Assembly (NCBI GenBank): GCA_036278755.1
Contig: DASUKL010000114.1
Span: 7,659-71,658 of the forward strand
Length of the DNA stretch: 64,000 bases
DNA from: Candidatus Limnocylindrales bacterium
GTDB taxonomy: Bacteria; Chloroflexota; Limnocylindria; Limnocylindrales; CSP1-4
Reading direction: 5' to 3'
Under the pieces are notes generated by a model. It was not told the origin of the DNA, searched no databases, and saw only the letters and a program-made list of their open reading frames with translations. This document shows positions 38,113 to 47,531 of the stretch, piece by piece. A program made the translations under genes and the position numbers. The stretch's first letter is position 1; each line of letters begins with the position of its first letter.

Positions 38113-39510
38113 TCAGGCCGTCCGGGCCTGCGGTCCGGCCGACGGATCGACGGCCGGCTCGACGATAAGCGTGAGGCCATCCTGGCGGACGACCCGGACC
38201 TGGGCTCCCCGTGGGAGCGGACGCTCGTCGGCGGTCCGCGCCGACCATTCCTCGCCCCCCAGATAGACCGACCCGAGCGGCCCCAGCGGCCGCCGGACCT
38301 CGCCCAGGCTGCCCGGGCGGAGGGCCGTGCCCACCGTGCCGGCCGTGCCCCGCAGGCCATGGCTGCGCGCGGCGACCGCGGCGATGAGGGCGGCGAAGCC
38401 GAGACCCAGGGCCAGGACGACCCCGAGCACCGGCAGGGCCACCCCGACGTCAGGGGCGGCGGGGTTGGATGGAGCGGTGTAGAGGGCCGCCCCGCCGAGG
38501 GCGATGGCCACCACCCCGCCCACGGTCAGCAGGCCGTGGCTGGTGACCCACAGCTCGGCCATGAAGAGCAGCAGGCCCAAGGCGATGAGCAGCAGGCCGG
38601 CCACATTGAGGGGCAGGCTGCCGAAGCCGATGAAGGCCAGCAGGATGGCGATGCCGCCCAGGATGCCGGTCACGAAGTTGGGATGGACGACCTCGAAGAG
38701 GAGGCCGTAGAAGCCGACCGTGAAGAGCAGGAAGGCGATGTTCGGATCGGCCAGCAGGTGGAGGAAGCCCTGCAACGGGTTCAGCTCGATCCGATCCACC
38801 TGCGCCCCGGCCAGCTGGAGGATGACGGGCTCCTTGGCCACGCTGACGGTCCGGCCGTCGGCAAAGGCGAGGACCTCGCCGAGCGAGGCGGCGAGGCCGT
38901 CGACGACCTTCAGGCTGACCGCCTGCTGGGCGCTCGCCGAGGCGGCGTCCTTGACCGCCGAGACGGCCCAGTCGACGTTGCGGCCGCGTTCCTCGGCGAT
39001 GCTGGTGATCTTGGCCACCGCGTCGTTAAGGACCTTCTGGCCCTCGGTGCCGGTGATCGTGCCGCCGCTCTGATCCACCGGCGAAGCGGCGCCGATGTTC
39101 GTGCCGGGGGCCATGAGGGCCAGGTTCGCGGCCAGGGTGATGAATGTCCCGGCGCTCGCCGCGTGGCCCCCGGCCGGGGCGACCCAGACGATGACCGGGA
39201 CCTTCGAGGAGAGGATCGAGCCCACGATGTCCTGCATCGAGTCGAGCGACCCGCCGGGCGTATCGAGCTCGATGATGGCCGCCGCATCGCCCCGTTCCGC
39301 GGCCGTCGCCAGCCCGCCCTCGATGTAGGTGGCCATGACCTGGTCGACGATGCCGGTCGTGGGCAGGAGGGCCACGGTCGGACTGGCGGCCCGGGCCCCC
39401 GAGGTCAGGAGGGTGACCGCCAGGCCGCCCAGCAGGCAGGCCGCGGCGATGCGTCCGATGACATCGACGGGGTGGCTGCGCATCGTGCTCACGCTCCCTT
39501 GTCGGGTCAT
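38113..39510 (-). CDS. NfeD-family membrane-bound serine protease (stomatin operon partner)
   Basis: ClpP-like domain (IELDTPGGSLDSMQDIVGSILSSKVPVIVWVAPAGGHAASAGTFI), multiple TM helices, C-terminal OB-fold. Start MTRQGS at 39510 (alternative 39483). Six-frame ORF over-extended to 39795. Confidence 0.8.
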   Translation of the reverse strand: MTRQGSVSTMRSHPVDVIGRIAAACLLGGLAVTLLTSGARAASPTVALLPTTGIVDQVMATYIEGGLATAAERGDAAAIIELDTPGGSLDSMQDIVGSILSSKVPVIVWVAPAGGHAASAGTFITLAANLALMAPGTNIGAASPVDQSGGTITGTEGQKVLNDAVAKITSIAEERGRNVDWAVSAVKDAASASAQQAVSLKVVDGLAASLGEVLAFADGRTVSVAKEPVILQLAGAQVDRIELNPLQGFLHLLADPNIAFLLFTVGFYGLLFEVVHPNFVTGILGGIAILLAFIGFGSLPLNVAGLLLIALGLLLFMAELWVTSHGLLTVGGVVAIALGGAALYTAPSNPAAPDVGVALPVLGVVLALGLGFAALIAAVAARSHGLRGTAGTVGTALRPGSLGEVRRPLGPLGSVYLGGEEWSARTADERPLPRGAQVRVVRQDGLTLIVEPAVDPSAGPQARTA

Positions 39511-40397
39511 GGTAGCCGAAGCTCGGCGAGCAGCCGCTGACGCACCGCGGCCAGGCGCCGTTCGAGCCGCTCCACCTGCTCCCCGGCCGCGGGGGAGTCC
39601 AGACCAGCCGCCGCAGGAGCCAGGGCCTCGAGCTCGGTCGCCCAGCCCTCGAGGACCGCGACGAGGCGGCGTAGCTCGCTCGCCAGGGGCCCAGCGTTGG
39701 TGGCCACGATGCCTGCTCCCAGGGCTGGGTCGCCCCGTGCCAGGCGGGTGCTGCTGGCGAAGCCCTGGGCCGCCAGGCCGCGCGCCGCCGACCAATCGAG
39801 AGCCGTGGTGGCGGTCTCGGCCAGGGCCGCGCTGACGACCAGCGGCAGGTGGCTGATGAGGGCCACGGCGCGGTCGTGGAGGTCAGGGTCGTCCAAGCGG
39901 ACGGGACGGGCCCCGCAGCCGCGGGCCAGAGCTCGCACCCGGGCCAGGTCGCCCGGTCGCGCCGAACGACCAGCGACGAAGACCCACGGTCGGCCGGCGA
40001 GGAGGTCCGCGCTCGACGCGCCGAAGCCCGCCTGCTCGCGGCCGCTCAGGGGATGACCGCCCACGAACCGCAGGCCGGCCACAGCTTCGGCCCGGGCCAG
40101 GATGGCCACCTTGGTGCTCGACACGTCGGTGAGGGTGACCCGGCGGCTGGCCACGAGCGGGCCCAGGGCATCCACGAGATCGAGGTTGGCCAGCGGGGGC
40201 GCGGCGAGGACGACGAGGTCGGCGGCCTCCACGGCGGACCTCGCGTCGGGCAGGGGTCGCACGAGACCGGCCCGCGCGGCGCTGCGCAGGGCCGCCGCAT
40301 CGGGGTCCCAGGCGCTGACCGGCCAATCCCGCCGCTGGGCCACGGCTCGGGCGATCGAGCCGCCGATGAGACCGAGGCCGACGATCGCCACCCGCAC
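39507..40397 (-). CDS. tyrA: Prephenate/arogenate dehydrogenase
   Basis: MRVAIVGLGLIGGSIARA (NAD-binding GxGxxG), ...VGGHPLSGRE...; ATGA overlap with the nfeD start. Confidence 0.8.
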   Translation of the reverse strand: MRVAIVGLGLIGGSIARAVAQRRDWPVSAWDPDAAALRSAARAGLVRPLPDARSAVEAADLVVLAAPPLANLDLVDALGPLVASRRVTLTDVSSTKVAILARAEAVAGLRFVGGHPLSGREQAGFGASSADLLAGRPWVFVAGRSARPGDLARVRALARGCGARPVRLDDPDLHDRAVALISHLPLVVSAALAETATTALDWSAARGLAAQGFASSTRLARGDPALGAGIVATNAGPLASELRRLVAVLEGWATELEALAPAAAGLDSPAAGEQVERLERRLAAVRQRLLAELRLP

Positions 40398-40525
40398 CCC
40401 GGCAGTCTAGCCGGCGCCCGGCGCCCGGCGGCCTCGACCGCGGACCCGGTGCTACCATCGCCCGGCGCTCATCCCGAACCCCCCAGGCGGGATCAGCCCC
40501 GGTGCTGGGCGACAAGAGGGGAACC

Positions 40526-41209
40526 ATGCCCACACGCCTGCCTGCCGTCATCCATGTGCTGCTCGTCGACGACCAGCAGCTCCTGACCGATGCCCTGGCC
40601 CGGCTCCTCGAGCTCGAGGCCGACGTGGCCGTGGTGGGCGTGGCGGCCTCGCTGGCCGCGCTGCGCCAGCTGGAGGTGCCCCGCGTCGAGGTCGTCCTCA
40701 TGGACTACCGGCTCCCCGACGGCACGGGGGCCGAGGGCACACGCATCGTCCGCTCGCGCTGGCGCAGCGCCCGGGTGATCATGCTCACCGCCATCACCGA
40801 TGACGAGACGATCCTCGAATCGATCCAGGCCGGGGCCGATGGCTACCTCACCAAGGACCGCGCCGCCGAGGACGTGGTGGCTGCCGTGCGCGCCGCCCGG
40901 GCCGGCGAGATCCTGCTGCCGCGGCCGGTCGTCCTGGATATCGCCGAACGGGTCGCCGCCGCCCGCGGGGAGGCCGTCGCCCGGCGGCGGCCGGCGGAGA
41001 CCTTGACGCCCCGCGAGCTGGAGGTGCTGCGGGCCCTCGTCGAAGGCACCTCCTCACGCGAGATCTGCGCCCGCCTCTTCATCTCGACCAACACGTTGCG
41101 GACCCACACCCAGAACATCATCGGCAAGCTGCAGGTCCACTCCAAGCTCGAGGCCGTGGCCTACGCCCTGCGCACGGGCCTGATCGAGCCGCCCCGTCCA
41201 GAGCCCTAG
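40526..41209 (+). CDS. NarL/FixJ-family response regulator (REC + LuxR helix-turn-helix)
   Basis: AGAGGGGA Shine-Dalgarno sequence then ATG 40526. VLLVDDQQLLTDAL...VVLMDYRLPDGTG...LTPRELEVLRALVEGTSSREICARLFISTNTLRTHTQNIIGKLQV. Confidence 0.88.
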   Translation: MPTRLPAVIHVLLVDDQQLLTDALARLLELEADVAVVGVAASLAALRQLEVPRVEVVLMDYRLPDGTGAEGTRIVRSRWRSARVIMLTAITDDETILESIQAGADGYLTKDRAAEDVVAAVRAARAGEILLPRPVVLDIAERVAAARGEAVARRRPAETLTPRELEVLRALVEGTSSREICARLFISTNTLRTHTQNIIGKLQVHSKLEAVAYALRTGLIEPPRPEP

Positions 41210-41466
41210 CGGCCGCCGCCGTTCTCCGGACGGCGCCGCTCGCCGTCGCGCCGCTCCCCGTTCCGCCGCTCCGGTCCGGACTCGGGCGGGCCGGGGTCCT
41301 GGGCTGGATTGTGCCGCCGGTGGGCCACCCGCCGGGGCCCGGAGCGCCGGTCCGGCTCGAGGTAAGCGCCACAGCGCGGGCAGCGGCGCTCCTCCTCGAA
41401 CAGGGCGGTGATCGGGGCGGTGGTGAAGATCTTCCGACCGCAGGTCCGACAGACGAGCGAGGGCAT
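41206..41466 (-). CDS. Small zinc-ribbon protein (CxxC-N21-CxxC) with an Arg/Glu-rich disordered tail
   Basis: MPSLVCRTCGRKIFTTAPITALFEEERRCPRCGAYLEPD... followed by ...ERRNGERRDGERRRPENGGGR. Convergent with the LuxR gene; stops share 4 bp. Confidence 0.5.
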   Translation of the reverse strand: MPSLVCRTCGRKIFTTAPITALFEEERRCPRCGAYLEPDRRSGPRRVAHRRHNPAQDPGPPESGPERRNGERRDGERRRPENGGGR

Positions 41467-41535
41467 GGCGGGCAGGGTGGCACATCTGCCCTGGCTGCGC
41501 CAGCCCGCGGTCCGCGAGGGCCGCGAGCGACGATC

Positions 41536-42456
41536 TCAGGCTCGACCGACCGTCCGGCGATGGTGGCGCGGCGAGCGCCCCCAGCGCCGCCCGCGATCGA
41601 GGGACCAGGCCGCCCCGGCCAGGGGCATGAGGAGCGCGCCGTATAGCAGGCCGTTGCCGCCGTCGTGCCCATCGCCGCCCGGGCCATGGTCGCCGCTGGA
41701 CGAGCAGGGACGCGGCTCCGACGAGCCGTGCTGGTGACCCGGCGGGCCGTTGCCCGGGCAGGGCACCGGCGGGTGGCAGCCGCTGCCGCCAGGGCCGGGA
41801 TCGGCGCCATCGTGATGGGACGAGCAGGTCGGGGTCGGCGTGCCGGTCGGCCTGGGCGTGGCCTCCGCGGTCGGGCTGACCGTCGGCCTGGGTGTTGGCG
41901 TCGCCTTCGGCGTCGGCTCGGGAGTCGGCGAAGGCGTGTGGTTCGGGGTCGCCTTCGGCGTCGGCTGGGGAGTCGGGCTGGCCGGGGGCTTGGACGTCGC
42001 GCTTGGCCGCGGCGTCGGGCTCGGCCGGTGGGTCGGGCTGCGGCTGGCCGTCGGTCGCGGGGTCGCCTTCGGGGGTGGCGGCGGGTTGGTGGTGCCCTGA
42101 TCGGCGCCGGAGGTCGGTCGGGGCGTCGCGGAGGGGCTCCTCAGGGCCGCCGCCGTGGGCGTGGGCAGCGGGCCGGAGCTCGGGCTGGAAGCCGTGGCCA
42201 CCAGGGTCGGCGAGGGACTCGGGCTGGGAGCCGCTCCTGGCGTCGGCGTCGGGGGGAAGGGCGTGGCGAGGGCGATGGTGGTCGGCGAGGGAGGGGTGAA
42301 GACGAAGGCGGGCGTCGCGCTGGGGCTGGGGCCGAAGGTGGCGGGCGGGCCGCTCAGGCGACCTCCGGCGACGGCCAGGACGGCGGCCACGATCGCGACG
42401 TTCAGCAGACCCAGCGCCAGCACCAGGCGGGCTCGTTGGCCCGCCGTGAGATTCAC
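41536..42456 (-). CDS. Pro/Thr/Ser-rich cell-surface protein: N-terminal signal/anchor, ~200-aa PT-repeat linker, Cys/His/Gly-rich segment, C-terminal hydrophobic helix plus basic tail (GlyGly-CTERM-like)
   Basis: MNLTAGQRARLVLALGLLNVAIVAAVLAVAGG...(PTPKATP-type repeats)...CSSHHDGADPGPGGSGCHPPVPCPGNGPPGHQHG...GGNGLLYGALLMPLAGAAWSLDRGRRWGRSPRHHRR. High GC3 in this frame supports coding. The other frames are Arg-rich junk. Confidence 0.5.
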   Translation of the reverse strand: MNLTAGQRARLVLALGLLNVAIVAAVLAVAGGRLSGPPATFGPSPSATPAFVFTPPSPTTIALATPFPPTPTPGAAPSPSPSPTLVATASSPSSGPLPTPTAAALRSPSATPRPTSGADQGTTNPPPPPKATPRPTASRSPTHRPSPTPRPSATSKPPASPTPQPTPKATPNHTPSPTPEPTPKATPTPRPTVSPTAEATPRPTGTPTPTCSSHHDGADPGPGGSGCHPPVPCPGNGPPGHQHGSSEPRPCSSSGDHGPGGDGHDGGNGLLYGALLMPLAGAAWSLDRGRRWGRSPRHHRRTVGRA

Positions 42457-42588
42457 GGTCGATGGCTCCCCGTCTAACGCGACGCCCCCTCGGAGTGCGG
42501 GCTGGGCCGCTCGGGGTGGATGGTACCATCGGCGCCCCCCGGGTCACCCATCCGGACCGCCTCCCACGGTGACGCGAGGCACCGCCGA

Positions 42589-43212
42589 TCAGCCCGGCAG
42601 GCCCTCGGCGATCGCTTCGCTTCCGGCCGCGACGCGGTCCCCGAGCCGCCCCGTCCAGAGCGAGACATAGCGGGGCGCCGCGGCGTCCAGGTGGCTGCGG
42701 TAGAGCCGCAGGCGGTCCACCCGCCAGCCGATCACGGGGCCGTCGTCCACGACCGTCTCGAGCCACTGCGGCAGATCAGCCGGGGCGCGCCGGGCGACCG
42801 TGAGGTGGACCCGCACCGCTCCCGCCGGCCGGCCCGGGTCGACCAGGGCCAGGGGCGCCACCGCAGCCTCCACCGCTCGGGCCAGCGAGACCACCTGGGC
42901 CGTGCCCTCCGGATCGAGGCCCAGCCAGCAGACGCGCGGCCGGGCCGCTGCGCGGCCGAAGGCGCCGCTCCCGCTGAGCCGGACGTCGAAGGGGTCGCGG
43001 GTCGCCGCGAGGCGGGTCAGGGCGGCCCGGATGTCCGGCACGCGCTCGGGCGGCTGCTGGCCCAGGAAACGGAGTGTCAGGTGCAGCCGCTCGGGCGGCA
43101 CCCAGTGAGCCTCGGGGCGGCGATCACGCAGGCCCGCGAGCCGCTCCTCGAGGGTAGCCAGCGCCGGTCCCGGCAGGGGTGCGGCGACGAACAGGCGCCA
43201 TCCGCGGTTCAT
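42589..43212 (-). CDS. RNA 2',3'-cyclic phosphodiesterase (2'-5' RNA ligase LigT/ThpR family)
   Basis: Two H-x-T/S-x motifs (HLTLRFLG; HLTVAR) in a ~200-aa protein. Confidence 0.8.
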   Translation of the reverse strand: MNRGWRLFVAAPLPGPALATLEERLAGLRDRRPEAHWVPPERLHLTLRFLGQQPPERVPDIRAALTRLAATRDPFDVRLSGSGAFGRAAARPRVCWLGLDPEGTAQVVSLARAVEAAVAPLALVDPGRPAGAVRVHLTVARRAPADLPQWLETVVDDGPVIGWRVDRLRLYRSHLDAAAPRYVSLWTGRLGDRVAAGSEAIAEGLPG

Positions 43213-43750
43213 CCGGGCTGGCCGCCCTCGGCCTCGCCGCGGGCGCGGGCCGCGTCGGCCTCCAGGATCGCGTGGGCCGCTGCCGCGTCGCGCCAGCCGA
43301 CCATCTCGACGGTCTTGTCCTCGAGCAGCTTGTAGGTATTGAAGAAGTGCTCGATCTCGACCAGCCGGTGGGGCCGCACCTGGCGCAGCCGCCGCACGTG
43401 CGCCTGATGGGGGTCGCCCACGGCCACGCAGAGGACCTTGAAGTCGGGGCCGTGCTCGTCGCGCATCTCCAGCCCGCCGATCGGCCGGCCCCAGACGTGG
43501 CAGCCGGGGAAGGTCGGCTCATCGATGAGGAGGAGCGCGTCGGTGTGATCGAGATCCTCGGCCCGCGTGCCCACGACGAAGCCGTAGTCGAAGTTGTAGT
43601 AGACGGCCGAGGACAGGACGCGGTCGAGGCGGAAGACGCCGCTGCGCTCGTCGTACTCGTACTTGTTCCGCGAGCCACGCGGGATCTCGATGACGACCTC
43701 GACGATGTCGGGGAAGCGCCCTTCGTAGGTAGCCGGTGGCATGTCGTCCT
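43209..43750 (-). CDS. ppa: Inorganic pyrophosphatase (family I)
   Basis: IVEVVIEIPRGSRNKYEYD...YNFDYGFV...DGDPLDALL-like acidic cluster (DHTDALLLID). Start at ATG 43748-43750; ATGA overlap with the ligT start. Six-frame ORF over-extended to 44492. Confidence 0.9.
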
Positions 43751-43839
43751 CCGCCTGCTGCGGGCCGCCCGGTGGCGCGCCCGCCGATCGATCACCCCGC
43801 TGCCGTGGCCCGGAGGCCGGGTTCGAGGTCCCTCCGAGG

Positions 43840-45216
43840 CTACTCCGGGCCGTCGGCGCCGGAAAGTCGCCGAAGGTCCCGTCGCCGGCCCAGGGCCCGA
43901 CGGGTCTCGAGGCCGCTGAGTCGCCGGCGACCGTAGCGTTCGAGCTCGAAGTCGGCCGCCAGGAGGCTGGCCCCCAGCGGCAGGGATACCTGGCCACGGA
44001 GGCGAGCGAGGTGCGCGGCCGGGGTCTCCGTCGGCTCACGGGCCCGGCCGGGGTGACCCTCGAGGTCGGCCAACCAGGCCAGGTAGGCGCCACTGGCGTC
44101 GGTCGGCCGCGGCCTGGTCTGGCGTCGCCGGGGCCGCCAGCTCCCGAACCGCAGCCCCTCCCCCGGCAGGGCCAGCGAACGCTCCTCCGAGGGCCCGCTC
44201 CCGTCGAGCGAGCGGGGTCCGACCCGCCGCCGGGCGTCCCAGCGGGCGACGAGGACGATGAGCGCGATGAAGCCGACGATGAGCAGGAAGACGCCGCCCA
44301 CGGCCACCGCAGCGTCGGCGTTCGGCGAGCTGCTGATGGGCCGGACGGGGCCGCTGCTGGCGGCCGGCGCGGCCGAGGGCAGGACGGCGTGGAGCGGCAC
44401 GAGCTGGAGGAGGGCCACGATGCCCGCGGCCAGGGCCAGGAGCGGCAGGAGGGCGATCGCCAGGAGGGTCGCCAGTGGCCCGAACAGCCCATCGAGGACG
44501 AGGCCCAGGGGCGCCCCCAGGAGCAGCGCGGCCGGCACGGCCACGACGGCCATGGCGACGAGCACGGCCGCGGCCAGGAGCAGCCAGCTGCGGCGCAGGG
44601 AGAGGTCCACCCCGGCGGTCCGGCCGATCTCGTCGAGGCGGGCCAGGCCCATCGCCAGGAGGCCGGCCGTCACGAGCAGCAACGTGGCCGGGAAGGCGGC
44701 CCCCACGAACGTCGCCCGCACGCCCGGCGCGGCCAGGCTGCCCACGATCCAGGGCAGGGCCAGGAGCGGCAGGACCCAGCGCAGCAGCTGGCCCACGGTG
44801 ACGTCCTCGAGGCTCGGCTCGCGGTGGCGGGCGCCCCGCAGGACGGCCACGCCGGCCAGCAGGCCGGCTGCATGCTGGGCCACGGCCCGCCCGGGATCCC
44901 CGTCCAGCAGGGCCCCCAGGGCCGCGGGATCCGCCGCCGCACCGGCCAGGGCGGCCGCGATCGTGAGCAGCCCGAGCCCGCTGACCTCGACCCCGGATCC
45001 GGTGCCGCTGCGGATCCACCACAGGCCTAGCCAGGCCGGCAGGGCCAGGGTCAACGGGCCCAGGATGGGCCGACCCTGGGCCAGGCCCACCTGCCAGGCG
45101 GCGTAGATGACGGCGATCCAGGCGCCCTCGACGAGTCCCACGAGGGCCGGCAGGACCAGGTTCCGGGCGCGGGTCGACCAGGTCTCGCGCCTGGCGCGCT
45201 GCACGGCGGCCGTCAT
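43840..45216 (-). CDS. Polytopic membrane protein with C-terminal DUF4129-like domain (third component of the MoxR-DUF58 operon)
   Basis: ~8 TM helices, then EPTETPAAHLARLRGQ...LAADFELERYGRRRLS matching the DUF4129 T-P-x-E ... ERxRYG pattern. Confidence 0.65.
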   Translation of the reverse strand: MTAAVQRARRETWSTRARNLVLPALVGLVEGAWIAVIYAAWQVGLAQGRPILGPLTLALPAWLGLWWIRSGTGSGVEVSGLGLLTIAAALAGAAADPAALGALLDGDPGRAVAQHAAGLLAGVAVLRGARHREPSLEDVTVGQLLRWVLPLLALPWIVGSLAAPGVRATFVGAAFPATLLLVTAGLLAMGLARLDEIGRTAGVDLSLRRSWLLLAAAVLVAMAVVAVPAALLLGAPLGLVLDGLFGPLATLLAIALLPLLALAAGIVALLQLVPLHAVLPSAAPAASSGPVRPISSSPNADAAVAVGGVFLLIVGFIALIVLVARWDARRRVGPRSLDGSGPSEERSLALPGEGLRFGSWRPRRRQTRPRPTDASGAYLAWLADLEGHPGRAREPTETPAAHLARLRGQVSLPLGASLLAADFELERYGRRRLSGLETRRALGRRRDLRRLSGADGPE

Positions 45217-45226
45217 CCGCTCGCGC

Positions 45227-46458
45227 TCATCCGGCGACCTCCACGGCGTTCGGGGCGTGCCAGTCGGGTAGCACCCGGCCGACGGCCGCGGCCAGGCCGA
45301 CGAGCCGCGCCCGTGAAGCGGCTGCCGTGGCCTGACCGCCGAAGCAGAGCAGGTCGACCTCGGCCCCGCCGCTCCGCAGGCGGCGCAGGACGGCCAGGTA
45401 GGGCGATGGGTCGCGGCCGGTCAGGACGTGGAGGCTGGCGCCGCGGGGCAGGCTCGCCGGGAGCGAGCCGAGGAGGAGCTCGAAGGGGGCCGAGGCGAAG
45501 GGGCTGAGGCGGGCCAGGAGGTCGGCCGCCCGGGCCATCTGGTCGGGCCCCGAGCCCGGCGCCAGGTAGGCCAGGCGCTCGATGGTCCCGGTCCAAGCCG
45601 CGGCCCCCAGGCCGCAGGCCACGCCGTCGGCCAGCAGGGCCCGCACGAGCGATCCGGCAGCCACGATCAGCGACTCCACCACGTCCTCGTCGTAGGCCAT
45701 GCGCCAGTGTGGCCCCTCGACCGTCTGGACGTCGACGACGACGAGTGCCGTCCGGGTCTGGGCCGGGTCGAAGCGCCGGCTCACCGGATGTCCCAGGCGG
45801 GCCGTCGCCCGCCAGTGGATGCGGCGCAGCGGATCCCCGGGCTGGAAGGGCCGCACCCCGGCGAAGAGGGCGGGGTCCTCGATCAGGCCGCGCCGGGCCG
45901 GCCGCTCGCCGGGCGCCGGGCGATGGGCGCCCGTCGGCCGCAGGGCGACCGTCGGCGGGCGGACGACCAGCGTCGCGGGCAGCGGATCCTCACGGCTCGT
46001 GGCCGTCCGGCCGAAGAGGTCGGCCACCCGCACGCGGGCCGGACCGAAGCGGAACACGCCCCGCTGCCGGGCCAGGACGTGGCGATGACGGACGACCTGC
46101 TGGAAGGAGGCCACGGACCAGGCCTCGGTGATGGCCCCCAGGCCGGGCTGGTCCGTGCGAGCCAGCGACTGTTCGCGCAGGACGAGGTCGTCGCTGACGA
46201 GGTCTTCGGTGCGAACGAACGGCAGGGGCAGGAGCTTCTCGTTGCGCAGGACGAGATCGAGCGGCACCTCGTCGCCCACGACGGCCCGCTCCGAGCCCAG
46301 CCGGTGGGCGTAGGCCAGGCTCCGCAGGCCGCGCCGGCTCCACAGCCCGGTGAGGCCGACCGTCAAGAGGACGAGGACCCCGATGAGCAGGAGGCCTGGC
46401 GCTCCGGCCGCCGCCCCCAGGACGATGAGGACGAGACCGGCGCCGAGGGAGAGGGGCA
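45227..46458 (-). CDS. DUF58 protein (vWA-like fold; MoxR partner)
   Basis: N-terminal two TM helices then the DUF58 core (…FQPGDPLRRIHWRATARLGHPVSRRFD…); GTG start near the moxR stop. Confidence 0.7.
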
Positions 46459-46466
46459 CGCCCGGG

Positions 46467-47531
46467 TCAGGTGGCGGCGACCACGGGCAGGGGCACGTGG
46501 GCCAGGAGGCGCTCCAGGACGGTGGCGGCGGTGGCACCCCGTAGTTGGCGGTCGAGATCGAGCACCAGGCGGTGACCCAGGACGGCCGGGGCAAGGGCCC
46601 TGACGTCGTCGGGCCGGACGAAGTCCCGACCGTCGAGCAGGGCCCAGGCCTGGCTGGCCCGGTAGAGGCCCACGGCCGCCCGCGGGCTAGCGCCCAGGCG
46701 GACGTCGGGGTCCTCGCGCGTGGCCCGCACGAGGTCCACGACGTAGCCCTCGACGTCGTCGCTGACGGCGATGGAGCGGGCCCGCTCCCGGAGCTGCAGC
46801 ACGTCGGCCCGGGGCATCACGGCGCCGATGCCTTGCAGCGGTTCAGCCGCGACCTGGTAGCGTCGGGCGATGGCCCTCTCAGCGTCGCGCAGCGGGTAGC
46901 CCAGCGTGGCCTGGACCAGGAAGCGGTCCAGCTGGGCCTCGGGCAGGGCGAAAGTGCCCTCCAGCTCGATGGGGTTCTGGGTGGCCACGACGAGGAAGGG
47001 CTCGTCGAGCGGCCGGGTCTGGCCGTCGACGGAGACCTGGTGCTCCTGCATCGCCTCCAGCAGGGCGGCCTGGGTCCGCGGCGTGGCCCGGTTGACCTCG
47101 TCGACGAGGAGCACGTTGGTGAAGATCGGCCCGGGCACGAAGCGGAAGGCGGAGCCCTCAAGGATGCTGCTGCCGGTGACGTCAGTGGGCAGCAGGTCGG
47201 GCGTGCCCTGGACCCGGGCGAAGTCGAGATCGAGGGCCGCCGCGAAGGCCCGGGCGAGCAATGTCTTGCCCACCCCGGGCACGTCCTCGACGAGCGCGTG
47301 GCCGCCGGCCAAGAGGGCCACGGCCAGGAGGCGAAGGGCGGGCTCCGCGCCCACGACCGCTAGGCCGACGGCCTCCCGGAGCGCGCTCCAGGCACGCGCC
47401 CCGGTGGCGGTCTCAGTCGTTGTAGAGCCGCTCCTCGATGAGCTTCTCCTGGACCGTCCGACCGTTGGGGTCGAAGCAGGCGAACTCGAAGTGCTTCTCG
47501 TACTCGAGGTCCACGTTGTCCTGACCGCCAC
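46467..47531 (-). CDS. MoxR-family AAA+ ATPase (start uncertain; only in-frame start is the GTG at 47531, overlapping the upstream gene by ~118 nt)
   Basis: LLAGGHALVEDVPGVGKT (Walker A), LLVDEVNRATPRTQAALLEAMQE (Walker B/sensor). Expected start ~47420 has no canonical initiation codon. Confidence 0.85.
   Translation of the reverse strand: MAVRTTWTSSTRSTSSSPASTPTVGRSRRSSSRSGSTTTETATGARAWSALREAVGLAVVGAEPALRLLAVALLAGGHALVEDVPGVGKTLLARAFAAALDLDFARVQGTPDLLPTDVTGSSILEGSAFRFVPGPIFTNVLLVDEVNRATPRTQAALLEAMQEHQVSVDGQTRPLDEPFLVVATQNPIELEGTFALPEAQLDRFLVQATLGYPLRDAERAIARRYQVAAEPLQGIGAVMPRADVLQLRERARSIAVSDDVEGYVVDLVRATREDPDVRLGASPRAAVGLYRASQAWALLDGRDFVRPDDVRALAPAVLGHRLVLDLDRQLRGATAATVLERLLAHVPLPVVAAT

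Noticed and set aside
41054-42766. 570-aa Arg-rich minus ORF, and the 270-aa plus ORF 41665..42477, over the PT-rich gene
   Set aside because: Extreme Arg/Gly content and no domain signal. These are the alternative frames of the PT-repeat coding region, which itself has proper GC3 bias.
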